A stretch of 64,000 nucleotides of DNA. Origin: Octopus bimaculoides (lineage: Eukaryota). Under the pieces are notes generated by a model. That model made no database searches. It saw nothing but the letters and a program-made list of their open reading frames with translations, and had not been told where the DNA came from. The first letter of the stretch is position 1. Every line of letters begins with the position of its first letter. Shown here in pieces: positions 25,931-38,217 of this stretch. Where the stretch lies: positions 190,911,555 through 190,975,554 of the forward strand of contig NC_068981.1 in assembly GCF_001194135.2 (NCBI RefSeq), given 5' to 3'. The position numbers were made by a program, and so were the translations under genes.

Positions 25931-26149
25931 CCCTTCTGTTATCATATTTCTGTTGAAATATGTTTCCTTTGTTTCAAATGATTTTGAAAACAATCAAGAA
26001 TTTATCAAGATAATTTTGTCATTAAACTGGTGTTTGGATCATAAAACCTTTGATCAAAGCTTCATATTAATTCAATTTAGATTATTTTGAAACAAAAATT
26101 TTGTTTGATAGAGCCAAGGATAGTTCTTGGCAAATTGGTATAAAAACAG
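25931..26149 (+). mobile_element. piggyBac-type (TTAA) MITE, family 2
   Basis: (ttta)cccttctgttatcatatttc...aaacag(ttaa); inverted sibling at 37523-37730. Confidence 0.55.
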
Positions 26150-26579
26150 TTAAACTTTATGTTCATGTAGAAATATATTTCACATGTATGTCCTATCATG
26201 AAGGTGCTTGGGCTAGTGGTTAAAATATTGGGCTCATAATCAAGCTGTTGTGGTTTCAATTCTTGGACTGGACAACAGATTTTGTCTTTGAGCAAGGCAC
26301 TTCATTTCACATTGCTCTTTCTCTCTCTCTCTCTTTTTTTTTTTTTTTTGTCTGTCACATCCTGAAGATGCTTCTGAGTCAACATTGGGCAGGGCTGAAA
26401 AGGAGTTTATTTGTACTGACAACTATCCAGGCACCTAAACCATTGGTGCAAATATGGAACATGTGGCCAAACCATTCTCACCAGTGAGAGTAATAGATGA
26501 CTATACCACCTTTATTGTACAACCTTTCTTTGCTAAAAGTCAACATTAATAGGCACAGGTGTGGCTGTGTGGTAACAAG

Positions 26580-27091
26580 TTAACTTCCTTCCTGCGCATG
26601 CGTTGGTCAGTGTTTTCTTTGCACTGCTAGGAGTCACGTCATTGTATACCAACGTCGTGAATTATTGAAAAGGTGAAGTACAACTACCAGGTAAGACATT
26701 TGTTTTTTGGGGATTCAGTGGGGGTTTGTTGCTTATGTTTATTTATTTTTGTTGAATAAGAAATCTCCACTGAGTTCCACACATTTGTCTGCCTGTGGTT
26801 GTGTTTAAAGTCTCACTTAGCGGTGAGAAGAGTGTTTTGGGGGTGTGTCCCTCCGTCTATAATTGTGCTTACTTTTTACCAGTTTTGTGTGACTGTTTTG
26901 TGCCCTTACCAAGAGGATTACTGAGTAGGCCAGGAGTACCAGGACGGCCAGAATAGTTTGCTGTGTTTTTTTTAACTGTTTCTTGTCTTCTTCCTTCCTT
27001 CTTGCATTTTTGTTTTTTTTTAACTCTGTGAACTTTTGTTTTTTGTGAACTTTTTCAAAAATAAGAAACATGGCAAAGAAGACAAACAACA
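26580..27091 (+). mobile_element. Unclassified 512-bp insertion with 15-bp TSD
   Basis: Flanked by ctgtgtggtaacaag (26565-26579) and ctgtgtggtaagaag (27092-27106); A-rich 3' end. Confidence 0.65.
26593..26695 (+). promoter_or_regulatory. Promoter-like motif cluster with 5' splice site inside the insertion
   Basis: tgcgcatgcg (NRF1-like) at 26593-26602, cacgtca (CRE-like), CAG|gtaag at 26690/26691. Confidence 0.3.
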
Positions 27092-27595
27092 CTGTGTGGT
27101 AAGAAGCCTGAGGGCTTGTTGGTCGGTGGGCACCAACATCCTTCTCATCTTTATCATTATGTTTTCATTTCATCTCATTTTGTCTACGTCCAACCCACAA
27201 GCTTCTTACTCTGTGTAAGGTCTTTATTACCAGTTTAATGAAATAAAGAAGCTTGTTTCTCAACTACATGTTCCTGGGTTCAGTCCCACTGTGGCACCCT
27301 GGGCAAGTGTCTTCTACTATAGCCTCAAGCAGACCAAAGCCTTGTGAGTGGATTTGTTAGTTGGAAGCTGAAAGAAGCCCGTTGTATGTGTGTGTCTGTG
27401 TTTGTCCCCCAACTACCACTTGACAACCGATGCTGGTGTGTTTATGTCCTTGTAACTTAGCAGTTTGGCAAAAGACACTGATAGAATAAGTACTAGGCTT
27501 ACAAAGAATAAGTCCTGTGGTTGATTCATTCGACTAAAGGTGGTGCTCCAGCATGGCTGCAGTCAAATGACTGAAACAAGTAAAAGAATAAAAGA

Positions 27596-27629
<34 letters not shown>

Positions 27630-27856
27630 CTGTTCAGGTGCCTTTGTGTCTGTTTTTCTCCTACCACTGCTCAGCAACCAGAGTTGGTGTGTTTATGTCC
27701 CCATCACTTGGCAGTTCGATAAAAGAGACTAGTAAGATAAGTACCAAACTTTAAAAAAAATAAGTATTGATGTTAATTCCTTCAACTAAAATTCTTCAAG
27801 GCAGTGCCCCAGCATGGCCGCACTCCAATGACTGAAACAAGTAAAAGATAAAAGAC
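27630..27856 (+). mobile_element. SINE family A, 3' half
   Basis: tggtgtgtttatgtccc...cagcatggccgcactccaatgactgaaacaagtaaaag. Confidence 0.75.
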
Positions 27857-28279
27857 AAACGATTGATTTTATTATAAATCATACGATGTTTCTTATTCCA
27901 TGTTTATAAATTAGAACTTGTTTGTTTAATTTTATTTGAGCACTAAGATTCCAAGTTCTTGATTAAATTTGAATTATTTAATATATTGAAATCAAAGGAT
28001 AATTAAGTGTATCAGCATGAAGAGAATTACATGTTATAAATATGTGCATGTAGAGGTAAACACAATGTTATTTGTTGGCTTTTTTTTTCTTTTTGGTTGA
28101 TACTGCATATACATTTGTTTACATTTGTCAAAGTTTCACAAAAAATAAATTAGGTTTACCTGAATACATATTTAAAAACTTTCATATACACTGTTTACGG
28201 CAATCATAATTAATTTAATAAATGTAATATGGGGATTACGTTTTTTAGCTGGAAATTAATATAAATAAACATATTCACA

Positions 28280-28560
28280 TAACTGGCACTCCGTCAGTTA
28301 CAATGACGAGGGCTCCAGTTGATCCAATCCAGGGAACAGCTTGCTCTTGAAATTTACATGCACTCCACAGAAAGGGAGATTCAGTGTGACACAGGATGTG
28401 AAAAAGCTGGCTCTCTGAATTACAGGTACAACACATTTATGCTAGCTGAGTGGACTGGAGCACCATGAAATAAAGTGTCTTGCTCAAGGACTGCCTGGAA
28501 CAGAACTCACGACCTCATGATTGTAAGCTGAATGCCCTAATCATTAAGGCATATACCTTC
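28280..28560 (-). mobile_element. SINE family C with internal deletions
   Basis: tggcactccgtcagttac...gtgtcttgctcaagg. Confidence 0.75.
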
Positions 28561-29321
28561 TCCAATCAATTTTCCAATCGTAAATTATTACAAGCATACA
28601 CATTCACATAACTTGCTCTCCGTCAGTTACAATGACAGGCGTTCCAGTTGATCCAATCAACAGAACAGCTTGCTCTTGAAATTTACATGCACTCCACAGA
28701 AATGCACACACACATTTGGCTTCATATATCATTGCAAACCTATTGAAGCTGGCATGTGATCCTCCAAAAAGCAACACATACCCAATTAACTATAGTTACC
28801 ACACCAAAGCAATAGTATATGAATGGAAGTCAGCTCTGAAAGCAAGAAGAGAAGAACAGACATCAAAAAATATATTAGAATGGCCAAAGGACAATTCAAA
28901 AGAAGTTGCTATCCACATCACCACATTAAGGCATAAAAAAAAAGTCTGCAGTTACATTGAAATACATCTTGTCTACTGAAAGAGAACACAGAGAGTACAA
29001 TTGTGTGGAGAACTAAAGAAATGTAGTCAGCCATCCATCAGTTGAATGAAAAGATGCACTACAGGGATAATATATACAATATTGCAACTTACAAAAGCTT
29101 CTGACTATTTGAGCTACTGCTCAGAATAATTTGGACCATGCAGACATTTCTCCAAGTTTTTGTTGAAGTGCTGGCATCCCACAAGTCCTCAAGACTAATC
29201 AGTTCTTTTATACTTTTCATCCTAGGACCCTGTTATTTCCAACAAACTACAAGATAATTGTATTTTGTAATTTATGTATAATTGTTAATATTTTATCTAC
29301 ATGCTCGTGTATCAGTTGCAT

Positions 29322-29392
<71 letters not shown>

Positions 29393-29439
29393 TAGCATTA
29401 TTTTATACTTACTTTTAACTGAAAAAAAAAATGGAATGC

Positions 29440-29735
29440 ACTGGACATTGTGAGTGTTTATTGAGAGAAAACACCTAAAGCTCCACAAGGCTCCAGCAAG
29501 GACTGGTGGCGAAACCTGCTGTACTCTTTCACCACAACTTTCTCTCACTCTTTCTTCCTGTTTCTGGGCCGGCCTTGTCACACTCTGTGTCACGCTGAAT
29601 CCCTGCAAGAACTACATTAAGGGTGCACGTATCTATGGAGTGCTCAGCCGCTTACACATTAATTTCATGAGCAGGCTGTTCCATTGATTGGATCAACTGG
29701 AACCCTCGTCATCGTAACCAATGGAGTGCCATGAC
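29440..29735 (+). mobile_element. SINE family C variant
   Basis: cattgtgagtgtttattgag...gccttgtcacactctgtgtcacgctgaatc...aatggagtgcca; sibling at 37760-38070. Confidence 0.8.
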
Positions 29736-29884
29736 ATAATATACCACTTTAAAGAGTAACTATCACTTTCAAAGTATCCACAGTTAGCGGACATTTAGAT
29801 CTGAGCACATGACAAAAAAGATTCCTCCAGCATATGAATAGATCCATGTTTACCATTTGAGAAATCCTACTGGAGTAACTCTGT

Positions 29885-29958
<74 letters not shown>

Positions 29959-30379
29959 GTGTTTTGAAAAAAGAGTTGATCAGAAGTGGAGAATCTATGG
30001 CCTGCTAGGTATATGCAGTCTTTGAAGCCCTTAAGTGTATCCTTTTGTAAGATGTATAGATTTTGCATTTAAAAAATATCTTTCAGTTAGGAAACTTGCA
30101 AAACAAATACATAAACATAACCTTTTTGTTTATTTCACATTATAAATATATTTATTCTCATGCTTTTCAATTCCTCAAGAAAGCACATTAATTGGTCATT
30201 TTATATTTTTATGTCTAACTTTAATATTCATAATTACATTTTCATAAGAAATCTAATTACATTTTTCTGTATATTTAATAAAATTCTTTAATGAGGCCTT
30301 ATTAGATTACATTTAATTCAATGTTGTCCTCATATGCAAATAAATATATAAATAGAAAGAAAGAAAGAAGTGTTCTCAC

Positions 30380-30455
30380 CTCTGTAGCCTACATAGTGGT
30401 GAACTTGATATATTGTTAATCTTGTATGTTGCCTTATTTTTCATTCTACCTTAAT
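30380..30455 (-). other. Splice-flanked candidate exon containing an ATG (MKNKATYKINNISSSPLCRLQ)
   Basis: ttcttaatctgcttaaaattttag|ATTAAGG...CAGAG|gtgaga; all frames closed upstream of the ATG. Confidence 0.2.
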
Positions 30456-30543
30456 CTAAAATTTTAAGCAGATTAAGAAACAGTTGCACACTTATATGTA
30501 TAATTAAATAGAAGGAAGCAATAATAATAATGATAATGATAAT

Positions 30544-30578
<35 letters not shown>

Positions 30579-30580
<2 letters not shown>

Positions 30581-31135
30581 GCCCTGATGCAGTACTAGGC
30601 AGTGACTCTCATGGTTTCTGAGTTTAACTTATTGAAGGTATTAACATGTATATGGTTTACCTTGGTAATATAAACAGGCAACAGCGAATATTCTGCTCAG
30701 TACCACAGATTTGCTTGTCCGTTGCTTGACTTTAACCAGTTGAGCATGTCCCTTAGTGGCTGACAATATGTGCATCTCTTACCAAAGGCAGGAGAAATGG
30801 GGGAGCATCATAGCCATGTGTTGGGATGGATTCTTTGGGGATTTTGTAACTCAGTCTTGGAAACATGGGTGTTTTGTTTATCATCATTAAACGACCCTTA
30901 TTCAGAGACTTTTTTCAGTAGGATGTGCTGTTTGACTTGAAAAAAATTCTAATTGGGCCCCATCTGCAAGATCATGCACTGTTTAGCTTGATATAAGGTC
31001 ACCATGTTGTGCACATTTGGTTGTGGTGCATGTGCCCGGTGAACCCTTATCAGACGGGTAGTCATGATGGGTATATTGGGCTTCGTATGTTTGTATCCCA
31101 GCATCACTTTGATGGCATATACTGCTCTCTCACTC
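30579..31135 (+). mobile_element. About 555-bp non-coding interspersed element embedded in (AAT)n
   Basis: GC-richer block between (AAT)n ending at 30578 and (AAT)n starting at 31136; no ORF. Confidence 0.6.
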
Positions 31136-31648
31136 AATAATAATAATAGTCAACCTGTTTATTCATCTCCACACCATTTTGCCATTATTCATAGTCTGTG
31201 ACTAAGGTGTATATTTTATGATGTGGCTATGGGTAGGTTTTGTCTCAAATAAATTAAAAGTGACACCTTCTTTAGAAAGTTAATACAATTTGAACTTACA
31301 TCCCCCACCCTTCCCTCAGAAATTGTTACTGTAATGGCTTTCAATATCAAATAGATCATACTTGCTTATTTTTGGTATCTGGGTGAAAAAAAAAAGTATA
31401 CGAAAAAATTCTGTTCTTAATTATTTCATCTTTGTAGTTAGCTTTGGTGTAAATATTGTTTCAAAATATGTTTGTCTTTACAGACATGACTGACATATTT
31501 TTTCATACTTTGGTGCAAGAACTCGCTGAAAAGTAATGCTATATTTAATAATGTAGTTCATGTAGAACTCAAATTGTGCCCTCACAGACTGCTTTCTACA
31601 GGCCCTCTCAGACTGCCGAAGTTGATGTAGATGGGGTTTGATTTGAAT

Positions 31649-32103
31649 TTCTTATTTCTTTATTGCCCACAAGGGGCTAAACATAGAGGGGACAAACTAG
31701 GACAGACAAATGGATTAAGTCGATTACATCGACCCCAGTGCATAACTGGTATTTATTTAATCGACCCCCAAAAGGATGAGAGGCAAAGTCGACCTTGGCA
31801 GAATTTGAACTCAGAACATAGCGGCAGACGAAATACCACTAAGTATTTCATCCAGCCTGCGAACGTTTCTTATTTCTTTATTGCCCACAAGGGGCTAAAC
31901 ATAGAGGGGACAAACAAGGACAGACAAAGGGATTAAGTCGATTATATTGACCCCAATGCGTAACTGATACTTAATTTATCGACCCTGAAAGGACGAAAGG
32001 CAAAGTCGACCTCGGCGGAATTTGAACTCAGAACGTAGCGGCAGACGAAATACTGCTAAGCATTTTGCCCTGTGCGCTAACATTTCTGCCAGCTTACCAC
32101 CTT
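31649..32103 (-). mobile_element. SINE family E head-to-tail dimer
   Basis: Two copies of ttcttatttctttattgcccacaagggg...gaatttgaactcagaac; tRNA-like A/B boxes on the minus strand. Confidence 0.9.
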
Positions 32104-32406
32104 AATTTAAATTTCTGCAAATTGATTCTGTAGTGAATGTGAGAGAGCAAGGAGAGAGTTCTAGAAAGGAGCAGCATCAGTAGATTGATTGGTTTAAGTG
32201 TTTATTGGGAAGTTCGGAGAATGAAATCAAATAGGGAGTACAAGTGGAGGGGAGGAAGGTCCATCAGGTGGGGGTAGAGAGGGTGCCGAGAAGGAAGTAT
32301 CTAAGATTACATGAATTCAATGCTCCTCTTCTTTATTTCAGAAAGGAAGTTGTGATTTGAAGGAGATTCCATGATTATTTCTAACTGTTCAAATGACTAC
32401 CTAGGG

Positions 32407-32535
32407 CAGTGGTTCTCAATCTTTTTAATATCTGAGCCAGATCCAAAACCCGGATTTTGCGGGGCAGTGGGGGGTCGTGGTGGACACCAAGAAAAATAAA
32501 ACACAAATCAAGTAAAGAAAAATTTATTTATAGAG
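32407..32535 (+). mobile_element. Truncated hAT-type MITE (same family as 60582-60766)
   Basis: cagtggttctcaatctttttaatatctgagccagatccaaaa shared with the 60582 copy. Confidence 0.7.
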
Positions 32536-32679
32536 GGAAGAGCATTGAGAATTGAATTCATAGCTTTATAACCAGAGTCAAATCCCCTAACCACTAAACC
32601 ATGAGCCTTCACTACTACTACCATCACTATCATTAATATCAGTTTGGTCCATGTGTTTATGTTGGCACAAGACTTCATT

Positions 32680-33078
32680 CTTTTCTACTCTCAGCACAAG
32701 GCCCAAAATTTTGGGGGAGGGGGGGCCCAGTCAATTAGATCAATCCCAGTATGCAACTGGTACTTAATTTATCGACCCCCAAAAGGATGAAAGGCAAAGT
32801 TAAACCTCGGCAGAATTTGAACTCAGAACGTAAAAACAGATGAAATACCACTAAGCATTTTGCCCAGCTTGCTAACAATTCTTATTTCTTTACTGCCCAC
32901 AAGGGGCTAAACATAGAGGGGACAAACAAGGACTGACAAACTGGTACTTAATTCATCGACCCTGAAAGGATGAAAGGCAAAGTCAACCTTGGCAAAATTT
33001 GAACTCAGAACATAACGGCAGACGAAACACCACTAAGCATTTCGCCCGGCATGCTAGCATTTCTGCCAGCTCGCCGCC
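32680..33078 (-). mobile_element. SINE family E dimer flanked by one 18-bp TSD
   Basis: ttggcacaagacttcatt at 32662-32679 and 33079-33096. Confidence 0.9.
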
Positions 33079-33759
33079 TTGGCACAAGACTTCATTAAAA
33101 AGTTCCTCTTGCAGCACCAAAGTTTTAAAACTTGTGCAGTTTGTTTCCTTTACATAAAATGGATAGCTATATTTGTATTTCTTTCGCAAATAATTCTTTC
33201 AAGACTATGAGAATTCATATTGCTAAAATTATTCCAAAATATTAAAATATTCTTTATTTATATTTATGTTGAAATTGAGTATTGATTTTGTTTGATTGTT
33301 TGGAATAAATGAATAATAATAATGTTGAGAAATGTCAAAATCTTCATTTTGAATATTATTTTTTAAAATAATGATATTTCTACTGAATATTTATCTAATA
33401 GTCAGTAAAGCTATTTATATAGTACTTCACCTCTTTCAGGTATGCAAAACTCAAGAAATCATTCAAAGAACAGCATAAAGAAAAATAAAATATTGAATTA
33501 AATCATTGATTCTCATAACTGAACTAAAATATATCCATTGTATGAACAGAACAAAAAGCCTGTATGTCAGTCCTTGTTTACATTAGAAATAACAGCCAAA
33601 TCTTCATGGAATCATATTTTTGTCATCATTATCATCATCATCATAGTTTTAACAGCTACTTTTCCATACTTGCATAGGCCAGACAGAGTTTCCAAGCAAG
33701 ATGATATTTCCCCATAGCCAGAGATGTTTCCACAGAATATTTCAAATGAACAGCACTGC

Positions 33760-33941
33760 TTGTATAACAGTGCCGGTGGCACGTAAAAGGCACCCACTAC
33801 ACTCTCAGAGTGGTTGGCATTAGGAAGGGCATCCAGCTGTAGAAATTCTGCCAGATCAGATTGGAGCCTGGTGCAGCCATCTGGTTTGCCAGTCCCTAAT
33901 CAAACCATCCAACCCATGCTAGCATGGAAAGCGGGCGTTAA

Positions 33942-33978
<37 letters not shown>
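33760..33978 (+). mobile_element. Family B copy
   Basis: gtggttggcattaggaagggcatccagctgtag...(GAT)n. Confidence 0.88.
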
Positions 33979-33979
<1 letters not shown>

Positions 33980-34138
33980 ATATATATATATATATAGATA
34001 TGTNNNNNNNNNNNNNNNNNNNNNNNNNNNNNNNNNNNNNNNNNNNNNNNNNNNNNNNNNNNNNNNNNNNNATATATATATATATATATATATAAATACA
34101 TGATATATGTATATAGATATATATATATGTATATAATC

Positions 34139-34480
34139 ATCAGCATCATCATCATTGTTTAACATCCGTTTTCCATGCTGGCATGGGCTGGACGGTTTGA
34201 CTGAGGTCTGGAAAGCCAGCGGCTGCACCAGGCTCCAGTCTGATCTGGTAAAGTTTCTACGACTGGATGCTCTTCCTCATGCCAAGAACTCCAAGAGTGT
34301 AGTGGGTGATTTTTACGTGATACTGGCATGGGAGCCAGTCAGGGGGTACTGGCATCGACCACGTTCTGATGGTGCTTTTTATGTGCCACCAGCACAGGAG
34401 CAGTCAGGTGGGCCTGGCATCGGCTATGTTCGGATAGGGCTTTTTCTGTGCCGCTGGCACAGGAGCCAGTCAGGTGGCCC
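34139..34480 (-). mobile_element. Family B copy, inverted relative to the 33760 copy
   Basis: (CAT)n gtttaacatccgttttccatgctggc. Confidence 0.88.
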
Positions 34481-34494
34481 TGTATTTGTTATAT

Positions 34495-34890
34495 ATCTTT
34501 TATTCATTAGTTCTGTCAGTCATTTGACTACAGTCATGCTGGAGCACTGCTTTGAAGGGTTTTAGTTAAACAAAGCAACTCCAATACTAATTTTTTTGTC
34601 TGTTACTTATCCTATAAGTCTCTTTTACTGAACCGCAAAGTTATGTGAGTGTAAACAAACCAACACTGGTCAGCAAGTGATATGTATGTGTAGGAGGGAA
34701 ACAGACATAAAGACACACACACATGACAGGCTTCCACACAGTTTCCATCTACCAAATTCACTCAGAAGGCATCAGTTGGTTTAAGGCTTCCATAGTAGAC
34801 ATTTGCCCAAGGTGCTGCACAGTGGGACTGAACCCAAAACCAAGTGGTTGCAAAGCAAGCTTCATAACCACACAGCCATGCCTGCACCCA
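34495..34890 (-). mobile_element. SINE family A
   Basis: Reverse complement of tail to head. Confidence 0.75.
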
Positions 34891-35760
34891 TGATAAGATA
34901 TTTTCTTTAAGAAGAAGCTTATGACGTCATAACACTTCCTCGTGATTTATTCAATATACAACAGTTAAAGAAATATCGAAACTCACTGTTCTGTGGAATA
35001 TTCAGCCATTTACATATAATGTGACAAGGCTGCTTCTTTTGAATTACTTTCAGCAAATGACAGTTCCATTCATTGAATAACTAGAACTCACATTGTCAAA
35101 GCCAATACAAGATCCATCATGGTAGCATAGTGTTACTCACAATTATAATGGATGGACATTATAACATGTTATTTCTGAAAGCAAAAATAATATTGATTAA
35201 TGCTCACTGTAAAATATAGGGAGGGAAAAATCCTAAAAAACGAATTTCATCATATCAGTTACTTACTATTTTAAAGACATATAGATCTCTCTTACACTTT
35301 CTTATTTTATGTTTCAATATTATATGCAGATTTTTACTTTCAATTTCAACAATTTCACGTTTCATTAATTTTTCTCATATCCTTTGTCATTTATCAGTAA
35401 AAATACTTTTATTTATTTATTCATTTTCTTAACAGAAGTCAATGTTACCTTATTTCTAATTACCGAATTTCAGAAAAAAATTTTCCTTTAAATTCCATCT
35501 CAGTTCAATTTATTTCCAGTGCAACTTCTACATTAAATATTTAAGATGCATGCACACAAAAGTTAATGAGTTATTTAGAGCTCAAAGTCATGTGAACAAA
35601 CAGACATTTGTTATGCACAAACGAGCATTCTTGCATTCATGCACTCACAAACGTGCATCCAAACGTGCATATTATAATCAGTATCCAAGCGTATTTAGCA
35701 AACTTATATTGCCAATATTTATCTTTCTAATTGAACAATGTGTATGTGTGTGTGTATGTA

Positions 35761-35838
<78 letters not shown>

Positions 35839-36489
35839 AAGAGATAGATAGATAGAGAGAGGGAGAGATCTATTTATATGTACACATGTTAGTGTATATG
35901 TGCATGTGTGTCTATGTATGTAGATCGATTGGTAAATTGCTTCCAATTTTCAATCATTTGTTACTTTTCCTTTATTGAATGCAATTGCATTGGTGGCTTT
36001 GGAAGTAGTTTTCTGTCTTTCGTTTTAGTCTATTATTGCCATTGCTGACTTGTATTTATTTTACACACAAGCAAAATGGTAAAGAGAATCTATTTAAGAT
36101 AGTCACATTTTTTTATTACATCGTTGAAAGAACCATTTATGTGTTTTAATTTTGGTTTCTGAAGCATCACTCTAATGGTAAAGAAAAAATCCACTTTTCA
36201 TCTCAGTGGTCTTAGGTTTGATCTTTACTGCACAGCACCTTCGGCAAATGTCTTCTGCTCTCGAATCATGGTGTGTGTGTGCATGCATGTTTGTATCATC
36301 ATCATCATCATGTAGTGTCCATTGTCCATGTTGTCATGGGTTGGATGGTTTGACCCAGCATGGCCACACTCTAGTAACTGAAACAAGTAAAAGATGCGAG
36401 ATAAAGGTACTGTTTACACGAAAACAATGTCATTTGTTTTTTTGATATTCTGTGAAAAACTTGCTCAACCATTGAGTTGTTTATGTTTG

Positions 36490-36810
36490 AAGGAACAGAA
36501 GGAATAGCTAGCAATCCGTCGGTTATGATGATGAGTGTTCTAGTTGATCCAATCAACAGAACAGCCTGCTCATGAAATTAAAGTGCAAGTGGCTGAGTAC
36601 TCCTCAGACACACATACCTTCAATGTAGTTTTCAGGGAAACTTAGCATGACACAGAACATAAGGCTGGTCCCTTTGAAATACAGGTACTAATCACTTTCA
36701 CCAGTTGAGTGAAAGAAAGTGTCTTGCTCAAGGACAGAACGTGCCACAAGGAATTGAACTCTCGAATTCATACTCACAAGCCAAATACCCTAACCACTTA
36801 GGAGATCACC
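36490..36810 (-). mobile_element. SINE family C
   Basis: ttctagttgatccaatc...gtgtcttgctcaaggac...ccctaaccact. Confidence 0.75.
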
Positions 36811-36825
36811 TTCACCATAGAGGAA

Positions 36826-37095
36826 ATATTTCTTTATTGTCCACATGGGGCTAAACATAGAGGAGATAGACAAGGACAGACAAAGGATTAAGTCAGTGAC
36901 ATTGAACCCAGTATGTAACTGGTACTTATTCAATCGACCCCGAAAGGATGAAAGGCAAAGTCAACCTCGGTGGGATTTGAACACAGAATGNNNNNNNNNN
37001 TCAACCTCGGTGGGATTTGAACACAGAATGAATTACTGACAGATGAAATATCACGAAGGATTTCACCCAGTGTGCTAACGATTCTGCCAGCTTGT
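36826..37095 (-). mobile_element. SINE family E monomer
   Basis: tttctttattgtccacatggggctaaacatagagg...attctgccagctt. Confidence 0.8.
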
Positions 37096-37522
37096 TTCGT
37101 TATCCATAGAGAAAATATTAGCTGGCTTGTCAGCAGAGGGTTGAAAAGAAGACCATCAGGCCATAGAAAATCCACCTCATTAAAATGATGATCAGATCCA
37201 CACACATTCTTTCTCTCTCTCTCTCTCTCTCTCCCTCTATCTCCCTCCTCTCTCTCTCTCTCTCACTCTCTCCCNNNNNNNNNNNNNNNNNNNNNNNNNN
37301 NNNNNNNNNNNNNNNNNNNNNNNNNNCTCTCTCTCTCTCTCTCACTCCCTCCCTCTATCTCCCTCCTCTCTCTCTCTCTCACTCTCTCCCTCTATCTCCC
37401 TCCTCTCTCTCTCTCTCTTTCTGTGAGCCTTACTCTGAAACTAAATCATAAAGAACTTTCTTCAGACTAATATTAATCATTTCAAACATAGATACAATTA
37501 ATTCTGTATGTTTTACATTCAA

Positions 37523-37730
37523 CCCTTCTCATACCAACCCACATGGTACTGCCTCTGTTTATACAATGCAAACTTCCTGATTTAAACTGATTTGAATTAG
37601 TATCTTCCATCAATATTTCATGTTAATTTATGTTCCAGACATCAGCTTAACAATAAGAGTCATATTACTAAACTTTTCATTAATTAAAACAAAGGGAATG
37701 TTGTTCAACACAAATATGGCAACAAAAGTG
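37523..37730 (-). mobile_element. piggyBac-type (TTAA) MITE, family 2
   Basis: ccctt...aaagtg(ttaa); reverse-complement similarity to 25931-26149. Confidence 0.55.
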
Positions 37731-37759
37731 TTAAAAAGTATTGCAGTACTGCTGGTAGA

Positions 37760-38070
37760 GTCACAATGGCCCAGTGGTTAGGGCAGCGGAGTCGTGGTCA
37801 TAGGATCGCGGTTTCAATTCCCAGACCAGGCATTGTGAGTGTTTATTGAGCAAAAACACTTAAAGCTCTACGAGACTCCAGCAGGGAGTGGTGGAGAACC
37901 CTGCTGTACTCTTTCACCACAACTTTCTCTCACTCTTTCTTCCTCTTTCTGTTGTACCTGTAATTCAAAGGGGCCAGCCTTGTCACACTCTGTGTCATGC
38001 TGAATCTCCCCGAAAACTATGTTAAGGGTACATGTGTCTGTGGAGTGCTCAGCCACTTGTGCATTAATTT
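37760..38070 (+). mobile_element. SINE family C variant with intact tRNA-like head
   Basis: tggcccagtggttaggg...ggtttcaattccc. Confidence 0.82.
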
Positions 38071-38217
38071 CGAGAGATGAGGGAGAAGAGTGTGTATAAC
38101 TGAAAGACAGGCTTATACTCTTGTTCTCATTAGAGATCAATCAAACTGTAGTTAATAAACAGGTTTAATCCTAACCCTATGCTGGCAGTAGAAAGCTAGC
38201 ATTAATTAATGTGGTGA

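Larger units (their letters stand above)
26551..27600 (+). mobile_element. SINE family A split by two insertions in its head
   Basis: Head at 26551-26579 resumes at 27246 (aagaagcttgtttctcaactacatg...). Confidence 0.85.

Noticed and set aside
26817-27092. 91-aa minus-strand ORF with hydrophobic and Lys-rich segments
   Set aside because: Antisense reading of the T-rich tract of the insertion; compositional artefact
34919-34932. 14-bp palindrome ttatgacgtcataa containing a CRE
   Set aside because: Isolated motif with no supporting promoter context
36961-37030. 30-bp direct repeat on both sides of a 10-N gap (also at 41329-41376)
   Set aside because: Typical unmerged contig overlap; assembly artefact
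37765-37830. tRNA-like sequence with A and B boxes (also 12957, 26205, 38218)
   Set aside because: Continues into SINE body; no acceptor stem or Pol III terminator; SINE head rather than tRNA gene
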